Assembly: GCF_006345805.1 (NCBI RefSeq)
Contig: NC_042998.1
Coordinates: forward strand, 13,206,001-13,270,000
Direction of reading: 5' to 3'
DNA length: 64,000 nt
Source of the DNA: Octopus sinensis
Lineage: Eukaryota
Under the pieces are notes generated by a model that saw only the letters and a program-made list of their open reading frames with translations, had not been told where the DNA came from and made no database searches. The number at the start of each line of letters is the position of its first letter. Position 1 is the stretch's first letter. This document shows positions 14,253 through 27,470 of this stretch, in pieces. The position numbers and the translations under genes are program-made.

Positions 14253-14482
14253 ATATAGGAATACGCTGAAGAATGAGAAAATGAATCCTGATGGTCTTCA
14301 TCCATAAAGGTAATAAGTCTCTACAGAATAGTTTCTAACACGAATACTGGGACTCGTGTCTGGCAGGTAATCTGTTTGCACGGAACTAAATGACAGAGGA
14401 ATATTTCATCAAAAGCTTGTAACGCGGGCGTTAATATGTTTTTACTTTATGCCGACATATATCATATATTTCTGTCTATCTA

Positions 14483-14563
<81 letters not shown>

Positions 14564-14588
14564 TTATTTATCTATCTATATATCTATA

Positions 14589-14639
<51 letters not shown>

Positions 14640-14727
14640 ATATCTAATTATCTATGCATCTAATTATCTATCTATCTATCTATCTAATATCGATCTATCA
14701 GATTATCTATCTATCTGTCAATCTATA

Positions 14728-14807
<80 letters not shown>

Positions 14808-15489
14808 AATCTATATATCTATCTATCTATCTATCTATCTATTTATCTATCTATTTATTTATCTATCTATTTATTTATCTATCTATTTATTTATCTATCT
14901 ATCTCGCTATCTATCTATCTTAGCCATAGATAGAAGTAGAGTAGAGGGTGAGCTAGTTAAGAAGCTAGAAGAGGTAATTAGAAGCGGCATCGCATCCGAC
15001 GTTTTGGCGGCGAGGTTGGCCCTCGACCAACACTTCAACGCCAAACACGAATGATGTGCTGTCAGAGCTAGGATGCGTGCTCTAAGGAACGAAGGTGTTG
15101 GAGCCGCGAGAGAGGCCCGGGTGGCAGAGGCGCAACAGGGCAACAAAGCCACCATTCGGTCCCTGGTAGATGAACAGGGGCGCGAATTGCTCGAGCCAAG
15201 AAAAATGTGTGAGGCCTTTCAGCAGCATTTTGCCCGAATATAGGAATACGCTGAAGAATGAGAAAATGAATCCTGATGGTCTTCATCCATAAAGGTAATA
15301 AGTCTCTACAGAATAGTTTCTAACACGAATACTGGGACTCGTGTCTGCAGGTAATCTGTTTGCACGGAACTAAATGACAGAGGAATATTTCATCAAAAGC
15401 TTGTAACGCGGGCGTTAATATGTTTTTACTTTATGCCGACATATATCATATATTTCTGTCTATCTAATCTATCTATCTATCTATCTATT

Positions 15490-15520
<31 letters not shown>

Positions 15521-15533
15521 CTATCTATCTATC

Positions 15534-15566
<33 letters not shown>

Positions 15567-15593
15567 TTATTTATATCTATCTATATATCTATA

Positions 15594-15636
<43 letters not shown>

Positions 15637-15645
15637 ATATCTATA

Positions 15646-15680
<35 letters not shown>

Positions 15681-15768
15681 ATATCTAATTATCTATGCAT
15701 CTAATTATCTATCTATCTATCTATCTAATATCGATCTATCAGATTATCTATCTATCTGTCAATCTATA

Positions 15769-15848
<80 letters not shown>

Positions 15849-16273
15849 AATCTATATATCTATCTATCTATCTATCTATATTTATCTATCTATTTATTTA
15901 TCTATCTATTTATTTATCTATCTATTTATTTATCTATCTATCTCGCTATCTATCTATCTTAGCCATAGATAGAAGTAGAGTAGAGGGTGAGCTAGTAAGA
16001 AGCTAGAAGAGGTAATTAGAAGCGGCATCGCATCCGACGTTTTGGCGGCGAGGTTGGCCCTCGACCAACACTTCAACGCCAAACACGAATGATGTGCTGT
16101 CAGAGCTAGGATGCGTGCTCTAAGGAACGAAGGTGTTGGCCGCGAGAGAGGCCCGGGTGGCAGAGGCGCAACAGGGCAACAAAGCCACCATTCGGTCCCT
16201 GGTAGATGAACAGGGGCGCGAATTGCTCGAGCCAAGAAAAATGTGTGAGGCCTTTCAGCAGCATTTTGCCCGA
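14253..16273 (+). repeat. Tandem duplication of ~1 kb (14253-15237 and 15238-16273): unique flank, (TATC)n array and first ~315 bp of the LINE
   Basis: Identical flank text at 14253 and 15238; both units end in gcattttgcccga. Confidence 0.95.
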
Positions 16274-18861
16274 CTGTTCGGAACGAGTGGAGGGCAAGAA
16301 CGTAGGGTGGACTTCAGTGCCTACCTACATAGCCTACCACGACTCTCGACAAGAAAGGCAGGGTGCTGCGAAGGTGCCATCACGGCGGCGGAAGTGCAGG
16401 AAGCGATGGCAGAATGCTCGAGGGACAAATCACCGGGTTTGGATGGTCTACCCTACGAGATTTACAATTGTATGCCAGACTTGTTTGGAGATCTCTTAGC
16501 GGCGGTGTACTGCAACTGGCAGCAAAACGGGAGCATTCCTGGTTTTGTGAGCCGAGGAGCCGTAACACTGCTGAAGAAAGATCTAAACAAGGGAAATGTA
16601 ATAGATAACTTTAGGCCCATCACTCTGCTTAATGCAGACTTGAAAATTTTGGCCAAGGTGCTAGCCAAGAGGTTGGCGCTTGTCATCGAGAAACTGGTCG
16701 ACAAGGCGCAAACATGCGCCGTGCCAGGCCGGACCATCCATGACAACCTCCACCTGATGCGCTACATCATAGACAGGGTAGTTAACGAACCTGGCATGGG
16801 TGGGGCGCTGATCAATTTGGATCAATCGAAAGTTTTCGATAGGGTGGACCATCGATACTTGGAGGCGGTCCTCGGAGCGGCTGGCTTCGGTCCCGTCTTC
16901 CGCGGCTGGATAGCCGCTTTGTACAGAGGCATCCGTTCGGTAATTCGCGTGAATGGACATCTATCGAGACCCTTCGACATCGCACGTTCGGTCCGTTAGG
17001 GATGCCCCCTCTCGTCGCTTCTATACGTATTGACTCTCGAGCCATTATTGCGGAAGCTGGCAACCTTGAGAGGCATCCCGCGAGAACTGGGATGCGGGAC
17101 GAGCGTGTCTGCATACGCGGACGACGTCACCGTCATAGTGTCTAGCCACGAGCACATCGAGCAGGTCGGCGAGACACTGAAAAACTACGAAGCGGTGACA
17201 GGAGCGAAAAATCAACCGGGAAAAGTCAGTGGCCTTGCGACTAGGCACCTGGAGAAGCAAGCCCATGGCGTCCACCAGCGCCTCCGTCGTGGGACGCTGG
17301 ACCGACGGCCCGGTTGAGTTTCTCGGGGTCTGGTTTGGTCCGGACCTCCAAGTGGAGAAGAACTGGAACGAGATAACGAGTAGGGTGGTCACTCTCGCCC
17401 GGCAATGGGCCGAGAGGAAACTGTCCCTAAAAGGTCGGGCGGAGGTGGGCAACGCGTACATCGCGTCCGTCATCTACTACCGCCTGACCGTCGTACCTTG
17501 TCCCGACCCTACCATCACCAAACTACAACGCATTCTCTTTCGCTTCTGTGGAAAGGATGCGTTCCGATGGTCAGGCGATCCATTTGCTGTCAACACCCGT
17601 TAAAAGGAGGGCTGGGCATGCCGTGGTTGATGATGCGCAGACACGCGCTGAGACTGCGACATCTCTGGCTCTATGTAGACGACGGTGAACAGGTGTGGTC
17701 GCCGTTTGTGAGGCACGCTTTCCCGCAGCTCGTCTCCATGACCGAACTGCAGTCGTGGATCAAAAAGAGGCCGAGGAAGGGCGAATGGCACCGCGAGTGT
17801 CGCGTTGCTCTCAAGCAACTCTGCCGTCCTGGGTCGACCTTGAATAACTTCAACACAACCAAAGCATTCTATAGGGGTTTAGTGGAGGGGAGGTACGACG
17901 ACGAGCTCGGGGCGAACCTGGACGTCGACGAGGAGTACCTGACCCGCCTGTTCAGGACGACTTTCGGGCCAGGGCCCATGGACAACTTCCAGAGATCCCT
18001 GGCCTGGCAGTGCTACCGAGAAGCGCTACCCGTTCGGGATAAGCTCTACAGACACGGCTCGAGAAACACGGGGCCGACCTGCCCGAGATGCGGTCAGAGC
18101 GACGAAACCGTTCTGCACGCACTCGTGCAGTGTCCAACAATTTCCGACCTGTGGGCTTATGTCGAACAACTGCTGTCACGTGTGGGACGAGTCGGTTTAT
18201 CAGCTGAGTCTATCGTCAATATTGTCACGCCTCCTTCCTTCAAACGGGAAGGAAGACCTATTTTCATCATCCTTGTGTCTATGGCGAAAGAACGTATCTG
18301 GTGGACGCGTCTGAAAGGATTGGAGACAAACACTTTCCTCTCTGGTCAATCTCTCATCAACTTCTTCAAGTACCACTTGAAAAGGAAAGTGAGAGTAGAG
18401 AGGCAAGTTTTGTCTAGCGAATGTTTCAAAAAAAGATGGGTGAATGTAGCAAGAATGGCACGTATGAATGACGAAGCCACCTTGAGCGTGATCCTATGAG
18501 CCCAGAAATTGAAAACAGAGAGTTGTTTATTCGCAAAAAAAAAAGAAAGAAATATAACATGTGACTCCATTGACCGAGGTTACCGTGGTCTTTTCCGTAG
18601 GCTTTTCTTTCCACGGGTAAACCTCACCTGTCCTCCCCTTTACACTTCATATTGACATTTCTGTGATAACGATCCCTATTGATCAATTTTTTTTCCTCTC
18701 CCCCTTTTTTTAACCCCCCTTTTTTTGTCCTCTTTCTCTCCTTTTACGATCCATTTTGATCGAAACTCCCCCTTCCTTTTTTTTTTTTAACCTTCAAAAG
18801 AAAAGCTCTACCTTGTAATTTGTTCTATCTGTGTGCAGCCCTGTGTGGCTAATAAAGAAAC
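15960..18861 (+). mobile_element. Tx1/L1-clade non-LTR retrotransposon, 5'-truncated (RT, zinc knuckle, 3' UTR), embedded in (TATC)n
   Basis: KSPGLDGLPYE, FRPITLLNADLKILAK, LDQSKVFDRVDH, VR*GCPLS, AYADDV and C-terminal CPRCGQSDETVLHALVQC. Stops at about 16082 and 16997; frameshifts near 17210 and 17545. Pyrimidine-rich 3' UTR ends aataaagaaac followed by atatctatc. Confidence 0.93.
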
Positions 18862-18892
18862 ATATCTATCTATCTAATTATCTATGCATCTA

Positions 18893-18927
<35 letters not shown>

Positions 18928-19515
18928 GTCTGTCTGTCAGTCTTTCTATCTTTCTACGTATCACTGAAAATATATGAAGTAATATAAAGCTTACTCTCTA
19001 TTCTCTTATGTCAAGTGTTTGTCGTTTCAATTTGTGAATGAACAGAAAATTGTGATCTTGAAATGCTTTGAAATAGTTTAGAAGGAATACTTCGAAGCGA
19101 TTTTATTTTACTAATGAATTTACTTTACTAATGAATTTATCATCATTAAACCAGATAATTTCTGATTTGTTATGCGGAGTTCGGTTTTGTTCGATGATCA
19201 TGCTTTATCTACAAAAGGTAGTTTGTCAGAATGCGGTTTTGCGATCGTGATAGAAATTTTGTGATTAATGAATTTGAAATTGAGAGAAACAAGCACCACA
19301 ATATTTGACGAACTTCTGCAAAAAGTGTCACGTGATAAAAATGGGTGCCTTTGATCCGTTCTTGAGGGAAGAATAACGAACCAGTAATGAACACGAGGTT
19401 ATTCAATCTAATAATACCGTTCAACCCCAAATCTTCTATTCGAGTTATTAATATTTATAATGATTACTTTTTCAACTTTAATGAATTGTCCATACGTTTG
19501 AATCGAAAATATTAA

Positions 19516-19596
<81 letters not shown>

Positions 19597-19784
19597 ATAT
19601 ATATTTAACTATCTATCTATCTATCTATCCACCCACGCATATATATATATATATATGTATATGTGTGTATATTTAAGTGTGTATATTTATACACGTAACT
19701 ACATCTATATTTACACACATAGACCCATGCATACATCTATGGGTGTGCGTCTTTGTGTGCCTGTGTGTGTGCATGTGTGTGTAC

Positions 19785-19832
<48 letters not shown>

Positions 19833-20124
19833 GTGTGTGTGTGTGTGTGTGTGTGTTCACGTATGTTTATCTGTGTGTATGGCGTTAGAATTTCTCTTGG
19901 TCGAAACTGCAACAAGTTTCGAATCACTGACAAAATATTTTGCTGCGTCCGAAAATTTTCGCCTTGGCTTATTCTTTTGTTCCTTTCCTCATTGTTGGAA
20001 TAGGTCAGTCATTCATGTTTATCAGTAGATATATTTGAATAATCATAATTCTTTTACTTAATTACAAGTCCTGCTCCTCAAAATGAAGTGAAACATGACA
20101 TTTTTCGTCCATTGAACTTTAGTT

Positions 20125-20245
20125 ACTAAGTCTTTGTTCGGCTTGAAGCTGTTGTAGAAGACGCTTGCCCAAAGTGCCACGGGGCATGACTAGACGCGAG
20201 AACATGTAGTTGGGTAATAAATTTCTTACCACCCAGCCATGCCTG
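20125..20245 (-). mobile_element. Degenerate SINE family 1
   Basis: cttgcccaaagtgccac...ttcttaccacccagcc matches the family-1 reverse complement. Confidence 0.65.
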
Positions 20246-21169
20246 GATCAAAATAATTTTCATTGTAATATTCATTACAGTGTATATGAGCAATCGAATT
20301 TTTTTTTCTACCTAAATACTACAACTATTAAACAATGAGTCTAGAAATTAGTTATTAATAGATTTTCTCTTGAAAAGTTAGAAATTTTGTCAGTCCCTTA
20401 GGATATATGATTTTAGTAACCGAACAAATTTCTTAGCTTATTTCAAAATATTTGACAATTGCATTTGTTACATACTATACATATTAGCTGTTTATTACAT
20501 CTACTATTTCGAATTAATTTATATTCGTATATGCAGAGAACATATACGTATATTAAACCTAACAATTAATAGTTTCTTCATTTACATTTGTTAGTTATTG
20601 TTAGTTATTATACAGCACCTGCTCGGTAATGTGAATTTAGATTCGTTCTCAGAAAACTGTATGTGACTATGATTTTATGTTAACAACAGACTATATGGTG
20701 TTTGATTGTTTTTTTCTTTTTGCTTTAGTTTAAATGATTAATTCCAACGTAAGCGTTAAAACATTGCAATGAATAAGAAGAATAACAGTGTAACAACATT
20801 TGCTTATATTAATGACCAGCTGTGGAATTATTGAAATTAAAATATATTAGTAAGATTGCAATTAATCACTATATTTTATGACAAATTTTCCTTGTTACAG
20901 AATTTCAATAACCATTAAGTAGCAGAATTAAATTTTTTTGCTTTTTAAATAGAAGCTCAGAATAGAAATATCTTACCTGTGATAGCTGTTTAGGTCGTGT
21001 TAAATTATAGTAAAACTTTAAAAAAACACGCAATGAATTTTCCCAAGACGAGAGACATGGTATAAAAAGATTGGACTAACTATTCTAGTGAGTCCATTTT
21101 TCTTAGAATGTAACCTGGCCGGGACTTCCTCAACATACAGAGAATTTCAGTTGCTGACACGAAAACATT

Positions 21170-21530
21170 TACATAGCAAGTCTCATAAGTAATCGGTCTC
21201 GCCAGTAATGAAGTGATGGGAAAGCTAGTTCCAAAGACTCACGGTTCTTGGTCATTAGGTAATCGATGAGAAAGTGAAAGAGATCGGTGGTGGCTACGCA
21301 GCCTTGTCTGACCCCGCCGCTGATGCGGAACCAGTCAGAATTCAGCCCCTTCACACAGCACTCTGCACTGGGATAAAGCGGTCGGAGTAGTGCAGAGATC
21401 TTTGGAGATTCACCGACGAGCTTGATAATTTTCCAGAGAGCTGCTTTGAAGTCGTCGCAGGATGTGTAGAGGTGACGATCGTTGCGGATCTCCTGAGCTT
21501 TTTCAATGCTGGTAGGAAATGTCTCTAATT
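21170..21530 (-). pseudogene. RTE-clade RT fragment
   Basis: IEKAQE...LY...DFKAALWKIIKL...SDWFRISGGVRQGCVA..LF. Confidence 0.8.
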
Positions 21531-21559
21531 AGATCATTTTACCAGGGTTAACTCTTATT

Positions 21560-21765
21560 CAACACGGTAGCTGTGATTTATAAGTGGCATCGTTGCAGAC
21601 CCTGTACCAGATGGCTGCATGTGAATGAGGAAGATCTTCAGAAGCTTCACGTCACCTTAGAGGATACAGAGGGGTTCGCACAGGAAGGGCAGCGATGGAG
21701 AGCACTGGTGGATTTGGGCGGTTCTACGCTTGATGACGCCTCTGGAAACAATAATTTGGAATGAC
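21560..21765 (+). pseudogene. RTE-type ORF C-terminal fragment
   Basis: RPCTRWLHVNEEDL...FAQEGQRWRALV resembles the RTE terminal pattern GRPxxRWxDxIxxD...AQDRxxWR. Confidence 0.6.
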
Positions 21766-22029
21766 CCCAGCCACGTCAAACAACAGCGTGGAACCAAGCC
21801 ATGCTTATATATGAATACACCGGGTGTCCTGGAATTAACACAACCGAAGTTTCGGGCATTAACAATTAATAAATGTGACAAAATATAAAAATTATATGTC
21901 ATTTTAGAACCTTACTATATCTTCTTTTTGTCTCAAACTAAATAAACACAGATTTATAAGTTAAATGATGGCTATATATTGAAATACAATCATAAGCCCC
22001 CCCACAAAGAAGGCGAAAGTAATATTGCT

Positions 22030-22500
22030 ATAGGAAAATAGTTTAAAATTAACCGAACCTCACTCTGCAAATTTATCAATAACCTTCAAGAAACTGCTTC
22101 CATCGCTGATAAAACTGGACGTGACCGAAGAAGAAGTGTGCGGACCTCTCAGCTTGCGTTTATTCTCGTATCTATCCTGTAGTACTTAAAATTGCCACAG
22201 AAGAGATACGACGAAATTGTTGTCGTTCCGTGAGAAAACTAGCTTCACAGCAAAAGTGAGCCGAACATATATATCGAGTGGTAAGGAGGTTCTCATGACT
22301 CACGCCGCCAAGATGATCCGCTGTCACGTGCTCACGCAAATTTATATGGCCATCAGACTGGAGAGTAATAATTTTATCGTCAGATTGCTGATGGCACGCT
22401 GGCCAACTAGGTGTTTTGAATGATGAAAAGAATTTTATCATCGAACAGAGACTAAACCACCAAAATGACCGACTTTGGAGTGTACCTGGCTTCGTCAAGT
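22030..22500 (+). pseudogene. Tc1/mariner-superfamily transposase N-terminal remnant
   Basis: ETASIADKTGRDRRRSVRT...IRRNCCRSVRKLA has a paired-like HTH pattern; heavily decayed. Confidence 0.55.
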
Positions 22501-22542
22501 GTAGTCTCGTAAATCGACGTCAAAATATACAGTTACATATAA

Positions 22543-22591
<49 letters not shown>

Positions 22592-22599
22592 GAAGGTTC

Positions 22600-22760
22600 A
22601 AAAGGAACACACGTGTTGATATATATGGAAAAAAGGCAAGGTAGAAAATGCTAAAATAATTTTATAAAAATACATTTCATTACCGGTTTCAGTCATTGAG
22701 ACTTTTTCAAATGTAAGTATGGAAAACAATTAAATTTTGGATTAACTAAAATTGAAATCC
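22600..22760 (-). mobile_element. PLE pLTR fragment with decayed HHR motif at 22675-22717
   Basis: cttacat-TTGAAAA-AGTC(tcaat)GACT-GAAAC(cg)GTA-atgaa; palindromic ACCGGT stem III. Confidence 0.55.
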
Positions 22761-22848
22761 ATATATATAATTACATATATATATATAACATATAAATGCA
22801 CTTACACATATGTGTGTGTGCATGTGCATGTATATGTTTATATATATA

Positions 22849-22904
<56 letters not shown>

Positions 22905-23815
22905 ATCAGTAAATGTTAAGAACACCATAAATCCATGTCAACCATCGTCTACATAAGGAAAATATTGACGTCATACATGGTCTAGAACAAACGTAATAAC
23001 ACCCCTGGATAATATTTTAATATAATTGACAGGTTTAAAAGTATTCATCCTGGAACAAAATGAATGCTTGAGATTATACTTAGAGAATATATATATATTT
23101 TCCGTTTTAAGTTATCGATTTTCATCACGCATAATAGTTTACTCCTTCCCTCATCGTGCTGAAAATATTTATCAATAATTGACGCAAAACACATAAATAC
23201 AGTTCTAAAATATTCTAAAATATTATAATTATGGGGTGTTTAGAGAATATAATTTAAATTTGGAATTTATTGCAAACTGATTTTCGTAAAATCATTACAA
23301 CGGAGAGAATAAGCGAACAACATATGCATATATTTTCTTGAAAGCTAATTTTCAGAAAGAATTATATGAAAACAAATTACGATATTAAAGAAATATGAGA
23401 TAAGTGTTGTTTAAAGTATGTGTTATATATTTAAGTATCATAATAAAAAGCACACATCTGAGAAACCTCAGTGGATTGAAAATTGATACTGAATATAAGA
23501 ATTATTATCATCTCATCAAAGAAATAAATTAGAAACCTAAAAATTATAGACTTTGTATTTTTCGGATTCTATAGAACATTTATTACGTAATCTGTGCATT
23601 GTTAAATACATGTTTATAATTAAGTTTAATATAAATATCTGGAGTAATAACATTGTATGGCTGAAGTGCTAATCCACCAACATGAGCAAGTTGAACAAGT
23701 TAAAGCATAAGTTTGCGACGCATAAACTTTATTTTGGTCCAACACACACGCATAGACGTAAGTGTCTGTGTGTTCCTTATAATGAAACGTTGTAAAATGT
23801 CATATATGATATACA

Positions 23816-23889
<74 letters not shown>

Positions 23890-23896
<7 letters not shown>

Positions 23897-24178
23897 TATT
23901 TGAGGGAATAAAATCCAACTTACAAGGAAAAAGAATTCAATTTAGAATACTAAATCAAATTCCACAACAATATAATATTTATAAACTATTACAAAAAAAC
24001 ACCTTTTATCAATTCAAAATGAATAATTAAATTACACCATCTAGAAAATTATATATAATAGAAAAGTTAAAATTAAAATAACAATTAAAAAGTAAAGATT
24101 AAGTAAATTACAAGAATAATATAATGTGTATAATAGGTAATATAATTCATTTTGAATTGACAAAAGGTGTTTTTTCTA

Positions 24179-24180
<2 letters not shown>
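23890..24180. mobile_element. pLTR-like fragment between (TA)n arrays with ~30-bp inverted repeat (23993-24028 / 24143-24175)
   Basis: One mismatch across the arms; its start resembles 42965-43060. Confidence 0.55.
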
Positions 24181-24254
<74 letters not shown>

Positions 24255-25661
24255 TATAAAAAGATAGGAGTAATATATCAAGGGGGTACGGTTAAAGCAC
24301 TCAATTATAATTCAAGTTGCGGCTAACCGCACAATTGGTAAGGAATATCTAAGATTATTTGACGTAATAAGCCCAATATATTTCAGCCGATGGGTAAATC
24401 CTGGGTCTGATTTATTGGATTATAAACCATTTACCGAGTGTATAACCAAGACGATTACAACGAATACGGAGAATATTATATCTGCACTCCGTTTTACTGT
24501 CTATCATACAGCATATTTAATTCAAACTCTGTTTGAAGTACGCTCCTGCTGCATAAACATGCATTTCGCAATTGCATTCGCACCAAGTTTCATTAATTTG
24601 GTTAAGAGTCTATGCATCTCCTTTCAAGGTTTAGTCAGTTGAAGCTAAGGAGTGTTGATTTACCTAGCATTATATTTCGTAGGGGTCAATAACATTTGAG
24701 TTTAAATAATGGGAGATGAACATTTGGAAATCTGATACGAATATATATACGCTAATGAGTTTGACCCTATAAGGAATTTCAAATCATGAATACTAGATCC
24801 TAAAATAGGTTAGAGTATATCTCAACTAATGCCCTATGACACCCTAGTACTAGACAGATTCCACTGAGTAGATGCATAGACATATCTGCAAAAAATTACG
24901 TCCCCCAAATTCTAGGTTTTCCCACTCTACCAAAGTGAATTAAAATTAATTAGTTTCAGAGATATATGTGTACAATTACAAGCCACTAAATTAGATATAA
25001 CTTAGAGACAATAGATATGTATAACTTACTTGTAAGGCAATCCGAATCTTTGTTCATATAAATCAAATTTAAATCAACATGTAGATTTCGCTATCTTAGT
25101 TTAATTTATATTTGAAGTTTTACATATGACGAATGTAAATTACTACAAGGATATAGGTAAACTAGATATTACATTGACATTTATCATGGATCTCTTACGT
25201 AAGCGGTACTTAATTAAAATTCTTAATAAATAATCTTTTCTATGGAAATATAGAGATGCCTTTCCGTAACGGTGCGCACACATTCAGGCTAGCTCCTGTT
25301 TAGTACTTAGTAACAGGTATTTAGACATGAAAATATGAATATTTCTTCTTGGAGTAAATTGCTTATTGTTACCCCCGACTTCGTAAGGCTCTGCCCCGCT
25401 GATTTTTCCCATTATATTTTAAACCTGATCGCATTTATAGCCGATCAGGTTTTTAAAAGTTCCTTTCCCATTCTTTACCAAAATCTCTACCCTACAAAAT
25501 ATAATTCTAGCGAAACCTACAACCCCTTAGTTCGCTTCAACCTACGAAAGTGACTAAAACTTTTAATAAAGATGCATTGACTCTCAACTAAATGAATGAA
25601 GCTGGATGTAATTGCAATTGTAAGATGTCTGCGCCTCAGAATCATACATATATACATATAT

Positions 25662-25813
25662 ACGACAGGCTTCTTTCAGTTTACGTCTACCAAATCCACT
25701 CACAAGGCTTTGGTGGGCCTGAGGCTATAGTAGAGGACATTTGCTCAAGGTGTCACGCAGTGAGACTGAACCCGGAACCATGTGATTGGTAAGCAGGCTA
25801 CTTACCACACAGC
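25662..25813 (-). mobile_element. tRNA-SINE family 1 (5' half)
   Basis: gacaggcttctttcagtt...cttaccacacagcc. Confidence 0.85.
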
Positions 25814-26639
25814 CTCTCTGAACAATTTTTCAAGAAGTACATAAATGGCGATGTTGCCAATTTGATGTTGAGTGCCTGAAGTTCTAATCCATTGAATTCG
25901 AAAAGAGCGTATCATAACCGCAAATACACAATTGTCAGAAATATTTGAAATTATGCATTTCATACTGAAATATCTACTCAAACAATACTTGATATTTAGA
26001 AATATAATTAATAAATCATATTAGCGTTATCAAAATTGCCAGTCATACGAGGGAAATCATTTTAACTTAAGATATTTAAAGGTGAAATTACATGGTGATT
26101 CTTCGATATTTCTATGAGATCGCATGCTACGCCTGAGATGTTTTAATTTTCTCGTATTATATATCTGTGTTATATATCTTAGATTTATTGCGTAAAACAT
26201 TAGAGACTATCTCTTTAAAATACTTTTATTTAATAGAGAAAAGATGGTCATAGAATTATCTACAATATAACAGTCAATCGATTATATACTTTTAGAAAAA
26301 TATCTTGATAATATAATTGTTTTGAAAACATTAAGTGAAAAAAATGAATTTTCAATTATTTTTATATTGTGTCTGTTAGATTCGTGAAAACAGTTCAATT
26401 CACTGATGCGGTGTATACGGGCTAACTTTTACAGAGCTGAGTAAGAGTTCACTAGAATCTTGGATTAACTAAACTGGTACGGGGAAAACGTAGCAGCAGC
26501 GTGTCGCCTCTCTCTTCCTCCCCCTCTCTCTGTCTGTCTCTCTTTTAATCAGTCTATCAATATATCTGTCAACATTTTTACGCATACAAACTCACATGCA
26601 TGTATATGTGTGTATGTGTGTGTGTCTGTGTGTGTGTGT

Positions 26640-26830
26640 GCTTATGTCTGTCTTTTTCATTCATCACCGCTTGACAACCAGAGATGGTTTGTTTACGTCC
26701 CAGTTATCCATTGGCTCCGCAAAAGAGGCCAATAGAATAACTACCTAGCTTAACAATAAATCCAGCGATCGATTCGTTCGATTAAGAATTCATCAAACAC
26801 AACGGTGGTCTAATGAATGAACGAAGATAA
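26640..26830 (+). mobile_element. Degenerate 3' half of SINE family 1
   Basis: cgcttgacaacc...gtttacgtccc...gcaaaagag similar to 56340-56440. Confidence 0.6.
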
Positions 26831-26839
26831 AGGCATATA

Positions 26840-27470
26840 TAGGGGTTGGACAAAACAACGGAAACACCTATCATCATAGCATCATAATTTTGAAATATCT
26901 ATAAACCAACAAAAGCTTACTTATTTTTAAGATTTTTTATTCATTATTAGTGTTGCTTTATATGTTTTGATAAAATTGCTGTTTCTTTTCAGATATCATC
27001 GGAAAAAGGTAATTAAAATTCCTTAAAATACAGATCTATAGGACCTTCAAACAGGTCAAATTGTTGGTACTCGTACGGCAGGCGCTAGCGTAACGAAAAC
27101 AGTCGAAATGTTTGGTGTAAGAAGAAGAAATGTCTCGAAAGCAATGGCAGCCTTTGCGAAAGGGGGAAAAAACCTCCTTGTCGAAACAAAACTCCGGAAG
27201 AAAACCGAAACTTTCAGATAGGGACCGTCGGACTCTTACGTGAATTCGTAGAAAGTATCACAAAAATACAGCTAACAAAATTACTGCGGAGTAATGACCA
27301 CCTCGAGAAGCCAGTTGCCATAAAAATGTTGGCCGGAAGCTGCACAAAACCAGATTTCATGGGAGGACTGCAATCAGAAAACCACTACATTCAAAAATAA
27401 ACGTTGCAAAGCGTTTAGAGTGATGTAAAAGCCTACAGAATTGTTTCCTAGAGCAGTGGAAGAAAGTTAT
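26840..27470 (+). mobile_element. Tc1-family transposon, left end: TIR and transposase N-terminus
   Basis: TA followed by TIR-like taggggttggacaaaacaacggaaacacc; GQIVG...GASVTKT..MFGV...SGRKPKLSDRDRRTL...RKPL...KRLE...EQWKKVI. Confidence 0.85.

Noticed and set aside
13642-15054. Long ORFs rich in YI/IY, LSIY, CV or HT (also at 35.3-36.0, 41.8-43.0, 48.4-49.7 kb)
   Set aside because: They are translations of (TA)n, (TATC)n and (CA)n arrays, which lack stop codons.
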